Origin: Paraspadella gotoi
Taxonomy: Eukaryota > Animalia > Chaetognatha
Direction of reading: 5' to 3'
Assembly: GCA_051294375.1 (NCBI GenBank)
Contig: CM119265.1
Span: 29,426,852-29,490,851, forward strand
Length of the DNA: 64,000 nt
The notes beneath the pieces were generated by a model. The model was not told the DNA's origin. It worked only from the letters and a program-made list of their open reading frames with translations, and ran no database searches. The translations under genes were made by a program, and so were the position numbers. This document shows positions 27,160 through 39,572 of the stretch, one piece after another (the first letter of the stretch is position 1; each line of letters starts with the position of its first letter).

Positions 27160-28165
27160 GGCAATTTACATCAAGGCCCTCGAACCCTCTTTGAACCGTG
27201 ATGGAGGACGATTCGAACTCCCTCCAAGCTATGATTCGCTTATCAAAACTGTGGTGAAGCACCCAACGCCACCTCAGCCGCACGGTGATTCCCCTGTCCT
27301 CACTCAACGGGTCAGGCGGAGACCTCTCAGCAGGCAATGGACGTCCGATGCCTCAACCGAGCTTGCAGCAACTTGGCGCAACTCTTCTCGTGCTGAGCGT
27401 TGCCCAAAACGACTGCTGCAAGAGGAGGGAGAGGAGTCTGTATCACCTGTCCCCAAACAGGCCCGAACAGGCAATCGCCCACCTCACCGTCAGGTGAGAG
27501 GAGGGCCCTCGGCAGGCCTATCAGGTCAGAGAGATATTCGAGTAGCACTAGGCATTTTTCCAGCCGGATCATTACCAGATCCAGCCCTGTCCCATTCCAC
27601 CACAATATCATCTCAGCCTATGACAAGCCAATGACCCGACTACATCGTTAACGTCCCACATTTGCCCGGCTGGGGAGGAGGCCAGCTCATTTTTGAGCTC
27701 TTTTTCTTACCTTACTATTTCACTTATCTTTAACTTATCTATCCCTCATCACTTATTCTTCTATTTCATTTTCTCTTACTAACAATCATCAGCTAACAAT
27801 TAATTTATTATTACTTTTGTTAAATATTTAGTTTTTCTAAAAATTTTTCACTGTTGTACATTGCCTAATGTATTGATCCCTGTGTCTCTCTTTCTCTCTC
27901 TCTCTCTTTCTTTTCACCAATTTTAAAAATCATTTGCTCTCTCTTTCCCTACTTTCACCTGTCTCACATCTGACCATTATCCTTGCTCATTCTTTGTTGG
28001 AAACTCTTCTCTCTCTCTTTCTCTCTCTCTCTCAAACTAATGTTTAAAAAATTGGTCTATTGAATTCACTTGCTGATGAAGACTCGCAAACTAAGAGTCA
28101 AACATGTACAATAATAAATTAAAATTGCTATTACAACGAATTTTTCGTTTCATCTCTAAATTTAT
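27160..28165 (+). mobile_element. Penelope-like retroelement 3' remnant (GIY-YIG C-terminus plus pseudo-LTR)
   Basis: 27160 onward translates AIYIKALEPSLNRDGGRFELPPSYDSLIK, the typical C-terminal motif of PLE GIY-YIG endonucleases. A hammerhead-like core and AATAAA follow near 28073-28118. An inverted pLTR copy lies at about 26860-27160. Confidence 0.75.
28073..28108 (+). ncRNA. Degenerate minimal hammerhead ribozyme of PLE type
   Basis: CTGATGA a GACTC gcaaactaa GAGTC (G missing) AAAC ATGTA. The minus-strand sister copy at about 26917-26953 keeps GAGTC GAAAC ATGTC but has lost CTGA. Confidence 0.6.
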
Positions 28166-29300
28166 TATAACAAAATATTATTATTTATATAAGTATCAAT
28201 GAAAGAGCCTGAGAAAAAAAGATTTAAGATAGGCCAATCACAATTTGATAAAAATCAATAAATTTACTCTCCAGCTATTGATTTTTAAAAGATGTCTCGT
28301 TTTGAATTTGAATATCCTAATTTAGAGAAAACAAAGTGTTTTTTGAATATGTGACAACGATTTATTTTAATAGACGGACATGTTTCACTCTTTGGGTTCG
28401 AGTCTTCACAAACTTTTCAGTTGTTTTTATTGACTTTGGAGAGAAAGAAAGAAGGAGAGAGAGATTGAGAGAGAGAGAGAGAAGAAAGAGAGGAGAGGAG
28501 AGCTTCCAACAAAGAAATCGAGTAAAGGAAGAGTGGTCAGATGTGAGGACAGGTGAAAGTGAGGAAAGGAAGGAGAGTAAGTAAATGTGAAATTTGGTGA
28601 AAAGAGAGAGAGAGAGAGAGAGAGAGCGACAAAAATTAATACATTTGGTAATGTACAACAGTGAAAAGAAATAAACTAAAAATAAATAACAAAGATTAAT
28701 AAATAATTGTTTGTGAAAAATTGGAGAATTTAAATAATGAAAAATTGAAGAATTGAAATTTGAAATGGAAGAATAAGTTATGAAGGATAGATAAGATAAA
28801 GGTAAGGGAAAAATAAGGTGAGAAAGAGCTCAAAATGAGCTGCCCCCTCCTGGCAGGGGAAATGAAGGGCGTTAACAATGAGCTCGGGTCATTGTCTTGT
28901 AATGGGTTGAGAGGATATTGTGGTGGAGTAGGAGAGGTTGGGATCTGGCAAGGATCCTGCTGGAAATATGCCAAGCGCCACTCGAATATCTCTCTGACCT
29001 GATAAGCCTGCCGAGAGCCCTCCTCTCACCTGACGGTGAGGCGGGCAATTGTCTGTTCTGGCCTGTTTAGAAACAGGAGATACAGTACAGACTCCCCTCC
29101 CTTCTCCTGCAGCCGTCGCTTTGGGCGGCGCTCAGTACGAGGAGAGTCGTACCAAGTTGCTGTAGGGTCGGGAGAGGCATTGGACGTCCATTGCCTGCTA
29201 GGAGGCCTCCGCCTGACCCGTTGAGTGGGGACAGTCAAAACATGTCCGTCTATTAAAATAAATCGTTGTCACAAATTCAATAACACTTTGTTTTCTCTAA
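28165..29300 (-). mobile_element. Second Penelope-like remnant, tail-to-tail with 27160-28165
   Basis: 28800-29233 is a diverged reverse complement of 27295-27700. 28165-28620 duplicates 26705-27160, including a hammerhead-like segment at about 28378-28412. Confidence 0.7.
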
Positions 29301-30384
29301 ATATTAAATAACAATGAAAAGAAAGGATTATCACATGTAATATCCTAATTAAATTAAAACTGGACCAATTAAATTTTATACTACAGTATGTAGGAGATTA
29401 ATTTGTGAATTGTCTGAAATGCATATTGTCGTATTCTGATTAAGCTTTGATAAACTTTAATTCTATTACCTTAAAGGTTTAATATTATTATTTTACATTA
29501 GTAAATGATCATGTTTATTTGTGGTTCAATTAATAGCTAAATAATTAATGATTTAATAGTCATAATTGATAGTTTACTACTTTAATTATTCTTTTGATTC
29601 CAGCTGTTTAGTAAAAAAAATTTATTCTCAGAGAATTATCCCTTAGTCAGCTAGGATTACAAGGGTCGGTTTTGAACCACTATGCCCTTGCTAGCTCAAC
29701 ACTTAGGTTTAGTATCCATTAAGATAATAACATGTAATTGCTATCTTTTCATAGGTTTATACTTGAATACATTGCAAGCCTAACTCTCTAGTTCATTAGT
29801 CTTACCAAGTAGCCTTCAAACCATTAAGTTAGTTACTGATTAAATATCCACTGAACCTATATTAACCGATGTCATGTGTAATCAAGGTAACCATAATTAC
29901 AACAGAGATATCCCTCTGTTAGAAGTATTCGTAAGTATATAATTCTCTTCATATTTTTATGGGCTTTCTGAGGATATTAATATTGTTAATATTTTAATAA
30001 ATAGTTTATTTAAAAAAGTGCTAAAAGTTCCCAAAAAAATTGAATTTAAAAACAGTGAGTTGGAAAATGAAACCCGATTTGAAAAGCCAACTTTCTCCAC
30101 TCATTGTCAAGGCATATCTTCACTGATCAATTTAAAATTTTAAAACATAAATAGTTTTAGTATTTTCTACTCAACTAAATTTTAAAATCAATGAAATAAC
30201 CACTGGTTTGCAATTACAGCGCTTGTAAAATTGTCACCATGTATATTTATGTTAAAATTAATTTCTGGGATAAATAAACAAAAATAGGGCACTCTCGGAA
30301 AAAAAAGAATAAAGGGGCACTCTCGAAAAATAGAGCTCCTTCCCCATCCTTAACTTACCCTCTTTTTCCCCAACCAAACCTTAC

Positions 30385-33300
30385 CCGCGCCCAATAATTC
30401 CATATCATCTCCGCTGCAACACGGACCCCCAATGAGTCCCCGCCCCGCCGCAGCCTCCGCCGCCTCAGAGCCGCCATCCACGCCTCCTTGCGCGTGCAGC
30501 CCCGTCACGTCCTCTAAAGTCAATGTCTTAGTTCCGCGTCCGACGATTTCTATACCGCGTTCGCGTATCGCGTCCAATATGGCGTCGACGCTTCCGGCTA
30601 GGATCGCGTCCGGTTTGATGATGGCCAGTGTTAGGGGGATTAGATCTGGGGAGAAGGAGAGGGAGAAGGGGGAGGGAGGAGAGAGGGAGAAGGGGAGGGA
30701 GGAGGAGGAGACAGGGAGAGGGAGGAGGAGGAGGGGAAAGTATGGGAGGAAAGAGAGAAAGGATATAAGAACAGAAGGAAAGGAAATATTAAAATAAATT
30801 AAAGAGGAAAGAATGCAAGCAAAAAACAGAGATATTACAAGACATTGAAGTGAAAAGGAAAGAAGGAAGGAAGGAAGGAAGGAAGGAAGGAAGGAAGGAA
30901 GGAAGGAAGGAAGACAGGAAGGAAGGAAGGAAAGGAGACACTAAGTTTTAGTCAAATTAACAAAGTAGCTATTATTTGATAATTATTATGTTTATATTGC
31001 AGCTTTCTCTTTAAACCAACTACGTTCAAAAGCGAACTTTGCAAAGGAAAACCCGGATACAGCGAAATTCGCTTTAAACGAACTCGTTTCTCTTTAATGC
31101 GGAAATCGAATCTTCGGTTAATGAGTTTTTTTTGCTGTGGATCATCGCTTCTCTGTCGCTAATGAGGTTGCTCTCTCTCTCTCTCTCTCTCTCTCCTTCT
31201 CTCTCTCTCTCTCTCTCTCTTCTCTCCTCTCTCTCTCTTTCTCTCTTACCGCCATCCGGATCTTCCTCCTCTGGTGGTCTGCTGGCGATTCCCGGTTCTG
31301 ACATGCCTAAATCAAATTTAAATAACCAAATTGAATTAAAAAGAATTAGAATAAAATTTGAAAGGATATTATTAAAGTTGGTTGGTTCAAAAATACAGCC
31401 CTCGTGTTTTCATTTTTTTTTAAATATTTCCTCTTTTCATGCTGACTCTTAAATCTCTCGACTTTCTTTACCTGTAACTTGTTTTCATTATTGCGGTCGG
31501 TCTTTTTCTTCTCTCTCTCNNNNNNNNNNTCTCTCTCACTCTTTTATTCCACAATGAAGAAGAAAGTCTCTTCGCTCACAGACAAAGTAGGTGAAGGATT
31601 CGCAAGAGGCAACCATTTTCCTAAGGAGTGAGGATGAGAAAAAGAAAAGAAAAGAAAAGAAAAGAAAAGAAAAGAAAATAAAGAAAGAAAAAAAGAAAAA
31701 GAAAAAGAAAAGAAAGAAAGAAAAGAAAAGAAAAGAGAAAAAATCGAAAGAAGAAAATGAAAAAAAGAAAATATAAAAATAAAGAAAAGAAAAAAGAGAA
31801 ACTTCGAAAAGAAAGAAATGAAAAAAGAAAATATAAAATAAAGAAGAAAGAAAAGAAAAGAAAGAAAAAGTGAGAAACTCGAAAAGAAAGAAATGACAAA
31901 AGAAAAAATAAAATAAAGAAAAGAAAAGAAAAGAAAAGAAAAGAAAAGAAAAGAAAAGAGAAACTCGAAAAGAAAGAAATGAAAAAAGAAAATATAAAAT
32001 AAAGAAAAGAAAAGAAAAGAAAAGAAAAGAAAAGAAATCAATCATATATGGATTTAGATATGGTACAATCATGTGCAAAAAAAACGCGCCACTTTGTTTC
32101 CGACTTTAAAAATTACCCTTTATACTAATATTTTTAAGAGGAAAGGTCATTCAACTTAACAATGCATAATCTTTGATGTATTAGAGCAAATACATCGTAA
32201 TCACCAGTATTCACCAACAAAAAAGTTTTTATTTATATGTAAACATTCTGTTTTAAATAATTTTTTAATCGGATCTGCTTTCAGCAGATCCCGACTCTGT
32301 AATTCACTTTGTCGGTCAGTCGGTCCGCCCCCTCTTGTCGGGCATTTACTTATATCATGTCAGAACATCGAATTATAAAAAATTATACAAAAAAAATGAT
32401 GTCCGTCCGTCCGTCCATCCGTCTCACCAATTACTCGTAATTGGATTGATGGATTGGAATAAAATTTTGTGTGTGGGTAGTCAAGTGTGTGATTGAGCTG
32501 GATATGATGGAATCGTCCGAGTGGAGATGAGTTTAAATGGAAATTTAAATGCAAGATGTATTAATTAATCAAATAATTAATCAGTTAATTGATCAATTAG
32601 TCTCACTTCTTTTCTACTTCTCTTACATCGTCACAATTCTTCTTCTCACTTTTATTATTATTATTTTCGTCTTCTACATCGGTAAGCACATTTTTTAAAA
32701 ATTTGTTTTTCAATCTGGTTGTTAAAAAATTTTAGGTAAGAAGTTTAAACACGGTAAGGGAAAATTTAGAAGGGGAGAGTTAAACAATTAATCTTGTTAC
32801 TCTGTTGGTTTTCCGGTCTTTAACAAAATCTTTATTTAAATAGATGGTAAAAAAATTCGATCTATACTGAATCTAGACTGAATTTAAAGAGTTGCAGCCT
32901 AAACGATTGTAATAATATTGATTTAAAAATTTGATTAGCAATCTTAAAAACATTTGTGAAAATGTAATAGAGAGTCATTTTGATTAACGTGTTCCAGTTA
33001 GAAAGAATTCAGGGTTAAAGTTTAAAAGTGTTTCATATTCAAGGATACAAGTTGAAATTTAAAAATGTCTCTCTATTAAATTTTTCTAATTCACAAATAT
33101 AAAATTCATAAAAAATATCAGATGGATTGGCCTTTTTTTTTGACCTGCAACTCTTCAGATAGGTTTTTTTTATCTTATATTATAATTAATACCGATATAA
33201 AATGGCGTAGAATGCATCAAATGTTTAAAGTGAATACATTTTAGGAATCGCCAGGAGCTCAGCTTTTTGAAACTGTACTTTATTTTTACTTATTTTCAAG

Positions 33301-35796
33301 TTGATTTGAATGACCCTTCAAAAGTAAACAAAATTTAATTGAAAGATGATAAGTTTGGAAACATTTTATTAAAATCAGGCCATCGATTTAGGAGCAGTAG
33401 TTTTTTTAAATAAAGTACTGAATGTAAAAAACCTGATAAATTTAATATTAATCGTTTTTCTTCTGATAGTTTACACTACTTAGAATAAATTAAAAATAAA
33501 AAAAAATTACACTAGACATCCGGAGGAATAGTTGGATAATTTGATTGCCCCAGATCCCTAAATAATAATCTAAAAGTTATTAAAACTTATTAAAGCTTTT
33601 AAATAAAAGTTTATTTTCTCATTAGGTTTTGGAAAACTCAAGTTCAAAAAATAATATCTCCTAAACCACTTAACCGATTGTAATAAAATTCAACACATTG
33701 ATTTCTTTTTTAAAAAAAATATTTTTTTATATAATTTTTGAAAATATTTTTATAGAGTGTCTGGAATTTAAAGTTACTATAAAGAAGCGCGTTTTTTTGC
33801 ACATGAGTGTACATACTAACATACCTCTATTCTCTCCATTTACTTAAACCACCTCATGGTTTGTCTTTTTCTCTCGCGAACTCACTAAACCAAATTGCAT
33901 CTGATTTGCCCTTATTTTCAGGTTTCAGGTTTTACCAATGACTCTCATCAGTTTTGAATATTTCTTTGGCTTCAAAACTTTGATTCCCTTTAAAATCTGT
34001 CCCCACCTATACTTTGACCTTGTCGGCCACTCACCTTTGACCTTGTCGGCCGCTCACCTTTGACCGTTCGGCCACTCACCTTTGACCTTGTCGGCCACTC
34101 ACCTTTGACCTTGTCGGCTCGCCCTTCTTCCTCGACATTTTTTCCCGTGTTTTTTGCTTCGACTTTCGTTTCTTTTTCTTCTTCATCGTAATCGATCTCG
34201 GGGTCACGAATCTGGGAGAGAACAAGAAGGAGGAAGGAGATCCAGAGAGAACGACGGGACGAGAGAGAGAGCGATGACGCGAGACGATCGACCGAGGGAG
34301 AGAGAGAGAGAGAGGAGAAGAGAGAGAGAAGAGAGAGAGAGAGAGAGAAGAGAGAGGAGAAAGGAGAGAGAGAGGAGAGAGAGAAAGAAAGTGGGGAGAG
34401 AGAGGGAGAGAGAAAGAGAGCGCTGACTTCTCACCTCTTGCCGCTCGGCGAACCCCTGCAAGACTTTCTGCTCTTTGGAGAATTGCTCTTGGACGGTTCT
34501 GCTGATGAGGGGAGCATTGGCGCCTCTGACCACCCCCACCAATTGGCCACCCTGTGGGAAAACAAGATGGCGGACAAATAAAGCGAAAAAGAAAATAGAT
34601 TGAAGCGGGAAGGAAAGAATGAATGAAGAAAGAAAAATTAGGTTTAAACGAGTGAAGTAGAATTAGATAATATTTATTATGGAAAAAAAAACATATTGTA
34701 AAAAAACAAAAATTAAGATGAGAAGCTCAGAAATTGTAAAAGTTAAACGGTGAAAGGAAGGAAGAAATTAGTTACATGAAGAAGGAAAGACGGAATTTCG
34801 AAAGAAATGGTTTAACGTTCGAAATTTTATGTACATTAGTGGAGTTAGAAATGTATTGCAATGACAAATAATTTTTGAATAAATAAATAAGTAAATAAAT
34901 AAATAAACAATTTTTTTTTAAAAATTACAAAAGATAAAATATGCATAGTTTATAATTGAATTTACCCCATAAAACAAATAGCAGGGTCGACATTTCCCGC
35001 GATATTTCTCCAGAGCTTCGATGGAATCGGCCTTGGCGATTGCAAAGTGAAGATTCTTGTCTCCCAATTCGTTCTTAAGTCGCTTCAAGTTGCTGCAAAA
35101 AGAAAAAGGGGAAGTTGCTGCAAGTTATAAATATATCTGTTTTCCTGCAGAGGAATCGTGAAGTTAAAAGAATTAGGACAAACGTGTTGTAAACAAAAGA
35201 GCATCTACCAATTTCTATGCGTAAATTCGATGTCAATGCGGATGTATAGCAAACTAAAATGGCTAAAAAGACTTGTTGCCTAAAATTTAAAAATATTTTT
35301 TTGTGAATTGTTTCGGAAAAAAAGTATTAGAAACCAAAAATAAAAATTTTATTTACTAAAATTAAATCGAAACCAATTTTGTAGCAGATTGTAACGAATT
35401 TAAAATTGATTGAAGCTAAAGCAATGATTTCTTCAATTGGATGCATATTTCACATTGATGTAAACATTACCTAACCATCGCTTTACAAGGCCCGCACCAA
35501 TCTTGGTAGACGTCTATCACAACCAAACCTAAGTTGTGGTTTACAATCGTGAAAAGTCAAGTTTTAAAATTTTAAATAAATACTATTTTTATGTTTTTTT
35601 AATGTTGCCTATTTTTATTTTTTATTTTTCTATTTTTATTTTATTTTTATTTTTAGATCATCTTTTCTTTTATTTCAGCTAATTGCGATTTTTGTCTGTT
35701 TTGTTTTTAAAAATATTATTTTCCTTTCTCACTTATTTCCTTCTTACCTTCGCGAGACATCATTTCCTCCCAGTCTTCTTGGGTTTCTAGCTCCGC
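30385..35796 (-). CDS. NME8: Thioredoxin domain plus nucleoside-diphosphate-kinase domain protein (NME8/NME9, TXNDC3/6-like), partial model
   Basis: GT-AG, phase-consistent exons at 35748-35796, 35471-35528, 34966-35092, 34435-34551, 34103-34211, 31250-31306 and 30385-30645. Peptides: TQEDWEEMMSREGLVVIDVYQDWCGPCKAM; LHFAIAKADSIEALEKYRGKCRPCYLFYGGGQLVGVVRGANAPLI; NDK start TLAIIKPDAILAG. First and last exons not found; NME8 and NME9 cannot be distinguished here. Confidence 0.85.
32066..33809. mobile_element. Tc1/mariner-like non-autonomous DNA transposon in an NME8/9 intron
   Basis: TIRs caatcatgtgcaaaaaaaacgcgc / gcgcgtttttttgcacatgagtg, flanked by TA on both sides (32064-65, 33810-11). No ORF. 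Contains a nested HINE fragment at about 32265-32590. Confidence 0.7.
34012..34117 (-). repeat. 22-23-bp tandem repeat spanning an exon/intron junction
   Basis: About 4.5 copies of ccgacaaggtcaaagGTGAGtgg on the minus strand. Confidence 0.9.
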
Positions 35797-36331
35797 CTTT
35801 GGAAGAAGAGAAAAGAAAAGAAAAGAAAAGAAAAGAAAGAGGAAAGGAATGAAAAGAAAAAGAAAAGGAAAGAAAAGAAAAGAAAAGAAAGAGGACAGGA
35901 AAGAAAGGAAAAAAAAAGAAAGAGGAAAGAAAATAAAAGAAAAAGGAATGAAAAGAAAGAAAGAGAAAAAATAAAGAAAAGAAAAAGAAAAGAAAAGAAA
36001 AGAAAAGAAAAGAAAATAAAGAGGAAAGAAAAGAAAAGAAAAGAAAGAGAAAAAATAAAGAAATAGAAAACGGTAAGAAAAGAAAAGAAAAGAAAAGAAA
36101 AGAAAAGAAAAGAAAAGGAAAAAAAGCAAATTGAATTATTTTTTTATTACTTTTTGTTTTTTCTTTTAATATTTTTTTCAATCTAATGATTTTGGATAAA
36201 GTCTTTTTAGATAGTATTTGAGAAATTAAATGTAAAATATTTTTCGATGAATATTGTGTTTAAATGTAAATAAAAATATATATGTAGTACAACGTGCATG
36301 TATGTTAAAGAAAAAAATTGATTCAATGCGA

Positions 36332-37291
36332 TTTTTAGTCGGATCTGCTTTCAGCAGATCCCGACTCTATAATTCACTTTGTCGGTCCGTCGGTCCGCCC
36401 CTTCAATATTGTCGGGCACTCACTTATATCATGTCAGAACATTAATTAGATAGAGATTACACATGGGAGTACAGGTACAGTATTTTTATTTATGACTAAT
36501 ATTTCGATCCATTGGACAGATCATCTTCAGGGCCCAATAAGTTAATAGACAGAGCAAAAAAAGAAGAGAGAGAGAGAGAGAGAGAGTGACCAAAATCAGG
36601 GATTAATCCCTCCACCCCCCCGCCCCTCCTCGTTTTTAAAGTCATCAAGAACAGGTTTCCAAACATGCGATGACTCTTAAAGAATGTCAGAATATCGAAT
36701 TATGATAAATTATGCAAAAACAAAACGATGTCCGTCCGTCCGTCTGTCTGTCTGTCTATTCGTCCGTCCGTTCGTCCGTCCGTCCGTCCGTCCCACCTTA
36801 GCAAAAAACACCAATTACTTGTGATTGGATGGTTGAATAGGAATAAAATTTTGTGTGTGGGTAGGGAAGTGTGTGATTGAGCTGGATACGAAGTTTTGAT
36901 GGAATCGTCCGAGTGGAAATGAGTTTAAATGGAAAAAAACAAAAAACCTCTTTCACTAATTGATTATGCTTCTTTTTCCTTTTATATTAAATATAAATGC
37001 AGGATGTATTAATAAATCAAATAATTAATCAATTAATTAATCAATTAGTCAATTAATTAATCAATAATTAATAAATCAGTCAATCAGTCAAGTCATTTGT
37101 TATCGACATTATTCTCATCGTCGTCATTGCTTTTATCGTGGTTAGTGACGAAAAGACCTAAAAACAAACATTTGGGATCAAATTAATTAATTGCCTAATT
37201 AATTAATTAACTTAAATTATTTAATTATTAATGAATTAATTACCGATAATGATCGTTGGCAGATCCGACATTGTTTGCTCAAACTTGTTTT
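36332..37291 (+). mobile_element. DINE/HINE-like (Helentron-associated) element
   Basis: 5' subterminal IR gtcggatctgc with adjacent partial IR gcagatcc; (gtcc/gtct)n tract; 3' gcagatccgac followed by a short hairpin-like end and cttgtttt. A related inverted copy lies at about 41086-41597. Confidence 0.6.
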
Positions 37292-38685
37292 GTCATAAAT
37301 GAAAGAACTGACTTTGTTATAATTTATTATCATTTCGTTTTTAATGATTGTAAATACTATATCATATTTTTTTCAGGATACACTGAGGTTTGATAATATT
37401 CACTTAATAACCGTTTCCTGTCAATTCCTTTTTGATCATATTGTTATTTTTTATTTACTAATATTGGGCGAAATCTTTCTCCTTTAAGCTTCAGTACGAG
37501 AACTCGCGGATCAACTCAATAAGTCACTTTTTGGTCGGTCGGTCGGTCGGGCGGTATGTTTGTCTGTCTGTCTGTCTGTCGGTCTGTCTGTTACTTTCTT
37601 TAACATTTATTTTCGGGTGATCACGTGACGTGTTCGACCTACATTGCATCGATATGATTTATTTTCAAACAAAAGGTACCGCTAGAAGTCGCTTAGATTG
37701 AGATTGTCTGTACGTTCACCTTACGATTATATTATATGATATTATATTTTATATTATGAAATTGGTACAACCAATATAAACATTATTATTATATTAACTT
37801 ACGATTAACTTCTTGCATCTGTGTTTTAACTGTGATTATTTGTTCACTGTACCGAGATCATTTATAACCGCGACCCTTGGCCAACCCTGACTCGTCTTTT
37901 TGAATAAATCGAAATCGAAAATCCAAAAATTCCTTACAGCAAAAATAAGAAAATTGCAACTGAATTTAAGCAGCAGACACAACATTACAATCTCTTAATC
38001 GATTTTAAACATTTGTAGAGCAACTTAAGTTATAGTTTATTGACATTAATTAATTTAATTAATTTAATTAATTAATTAGGAGCAGAAAAGAGAAAGAAAG
38101 GTTAAATGGTTAAGAGATGAAAACTAAACAAAGAGAGAACTGACCAAGTAAGAAAGTAAGAGGAAGATAGAGCCAGAGTCAGTCACCAGCTGTTTGTCCT
38201 GAGGCAACTAAATCTTTATAACCAAATTTTTTTTGCTTCACTAGTTTTATATTTAAATCGTTGATGTGATGTTTCGTTAATACAATTTGGTCATTTACGA
38301 TTACAATTCATATATTACGTTGACCACTTAGTTTGGTTATTGCAGAAATAAATATTACGTTATCTTTGCCACAAATGAATTCTTAATCAAATTGAGATAA
38401 AACTTAATCGGGATTTTGATTTTGACTCTAATCTTCTTCCTCTTCTTCTTCCTCCTCCTCCTCTTCCTCCTTCCATTATCTTTCCAATTGGCCCCTCCTC
38501 TTCCTCCTTCCATTATCTTTCCTCTTGGCCCCTCCTCTTCCTCCTTCCATTATCTTTCCTCTTCGCCCCTCCTCCTTTGAAAATCTTTTAAGATCTTTCC
38601 CTTAATATTGATTAAAAACTTGTCATAATTTACGTCAAAACTAAAATAAAATAAAACAACATCAAATAAAACAATACAATTCCAA

Positions 38686-39572
38686 ATGAGTTCGGACGAA
38701 GACGAGCCTGTGCCCGACTTGCCCTCCGCCCCTCAAACGATGCAGCGGGGGAAGGACGGGCAAGGCTCTGTCGGTAAGAGCACTCTCGGCAAAGGAAGCG
38801 TCGGGCATGGCAGCGTCGGGCATGGCAGCCTTCGCCGTGATCCCTTTGACGGGTCACGTGCGTCAGTGACTCCTTCAGAAGTTATCATCGCTCGAACGAA
38901 TCGAGGCTCAGTTCAAATTAAACAGGTCAGTTTATAATAGTCCATAAGCTGAATGTAGTAATAAAAAGTATTGTAAACTGTATTATAACTAAAGAGTTCT
39001 GACAAAACTAATGTTATGAATTAAATTTTAAACAATTTTTAAATAAACCGACCCTTTGTTTGTAGTCAGGCAGAAGAATCAAACTACAGGCGGTTTTGCC
39101 GGATCGTTTTACTTAAATAGGAATGCCAGGCACCGGGTTCGAACCCAAGACCTTTGGCTGAGTCAGAATATTTGCTTCCAGCTTTTATGTTTGAAGAAAA
39201 CCGCTGGGGAATTATGAAATCATTGTAAAGAATGCCTATGATATTTTAAAATCCCCCCAAAATACTTTCCAGGACAAATATTCATCGATGGCTTCCGTCA
39301 CTACAATTCAAGGACAAGAAAAACCACCTAATTACTTGACTCTCGCTCTCTTGTCCTTTATGTGCTGCAACTTTGTCCCTGGATCCTGCGCCATATACTT
39401 GTCCTTCGCCTCGGACAAGTGGTATAAATACGGAAATTTGGACAGAGCGAGAAAATTCGGAAATTTGGCTAAAATGGTTTCCATAGCAACGATGTTGATC
39501 GGTTTTGCCACTTACATAGTAGTCGCCGTTATGTTCGTTAAACATCCGGTACCCGCATTTTCGGGGATGTAA
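38686..39572 (+). CDS. CD225/dispanin-family membrane protein (PRRT/TMEM233/IFITM-like), 179 aa, exons 38686-38925 and 39273-39572
   Basis: Phase-0 GT-AG intron. Motif PPNYLTLALLSFMCCNFVPGSCAIYLSFAS...GNLDRARKFGNLAKMVSIATMLIG with the CC pair, G-x-x-x-x-A loop and C-terminal TM typical of CD225. Confidence 0.85.
39122..39182. mobile_element. tRNA-derived SINE fragment in the intron
   Basis: B-box-like gggttcgaaccc followed by aagacctttggc; no complete cloverleaf. Confidence 0.35.

Noticed and set aside
31471-31620. Possible extra NME8/9 exon with AG and GT boundaries
   Set aside because: It spans an N gap, and the tested phases give stops or break the frame with neighbouring exons.
31536-32078. 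Phe/Ser/Leu-rich 'membrane protein' ORFs here and at 2639-2971, 35716-36181 and 42981-43529, plus ER/SL-repeat ORFs elsewhere
   Set aside because: They are translations of (AAAAG)n, (TATTC)n and (AG)n simple repeats.
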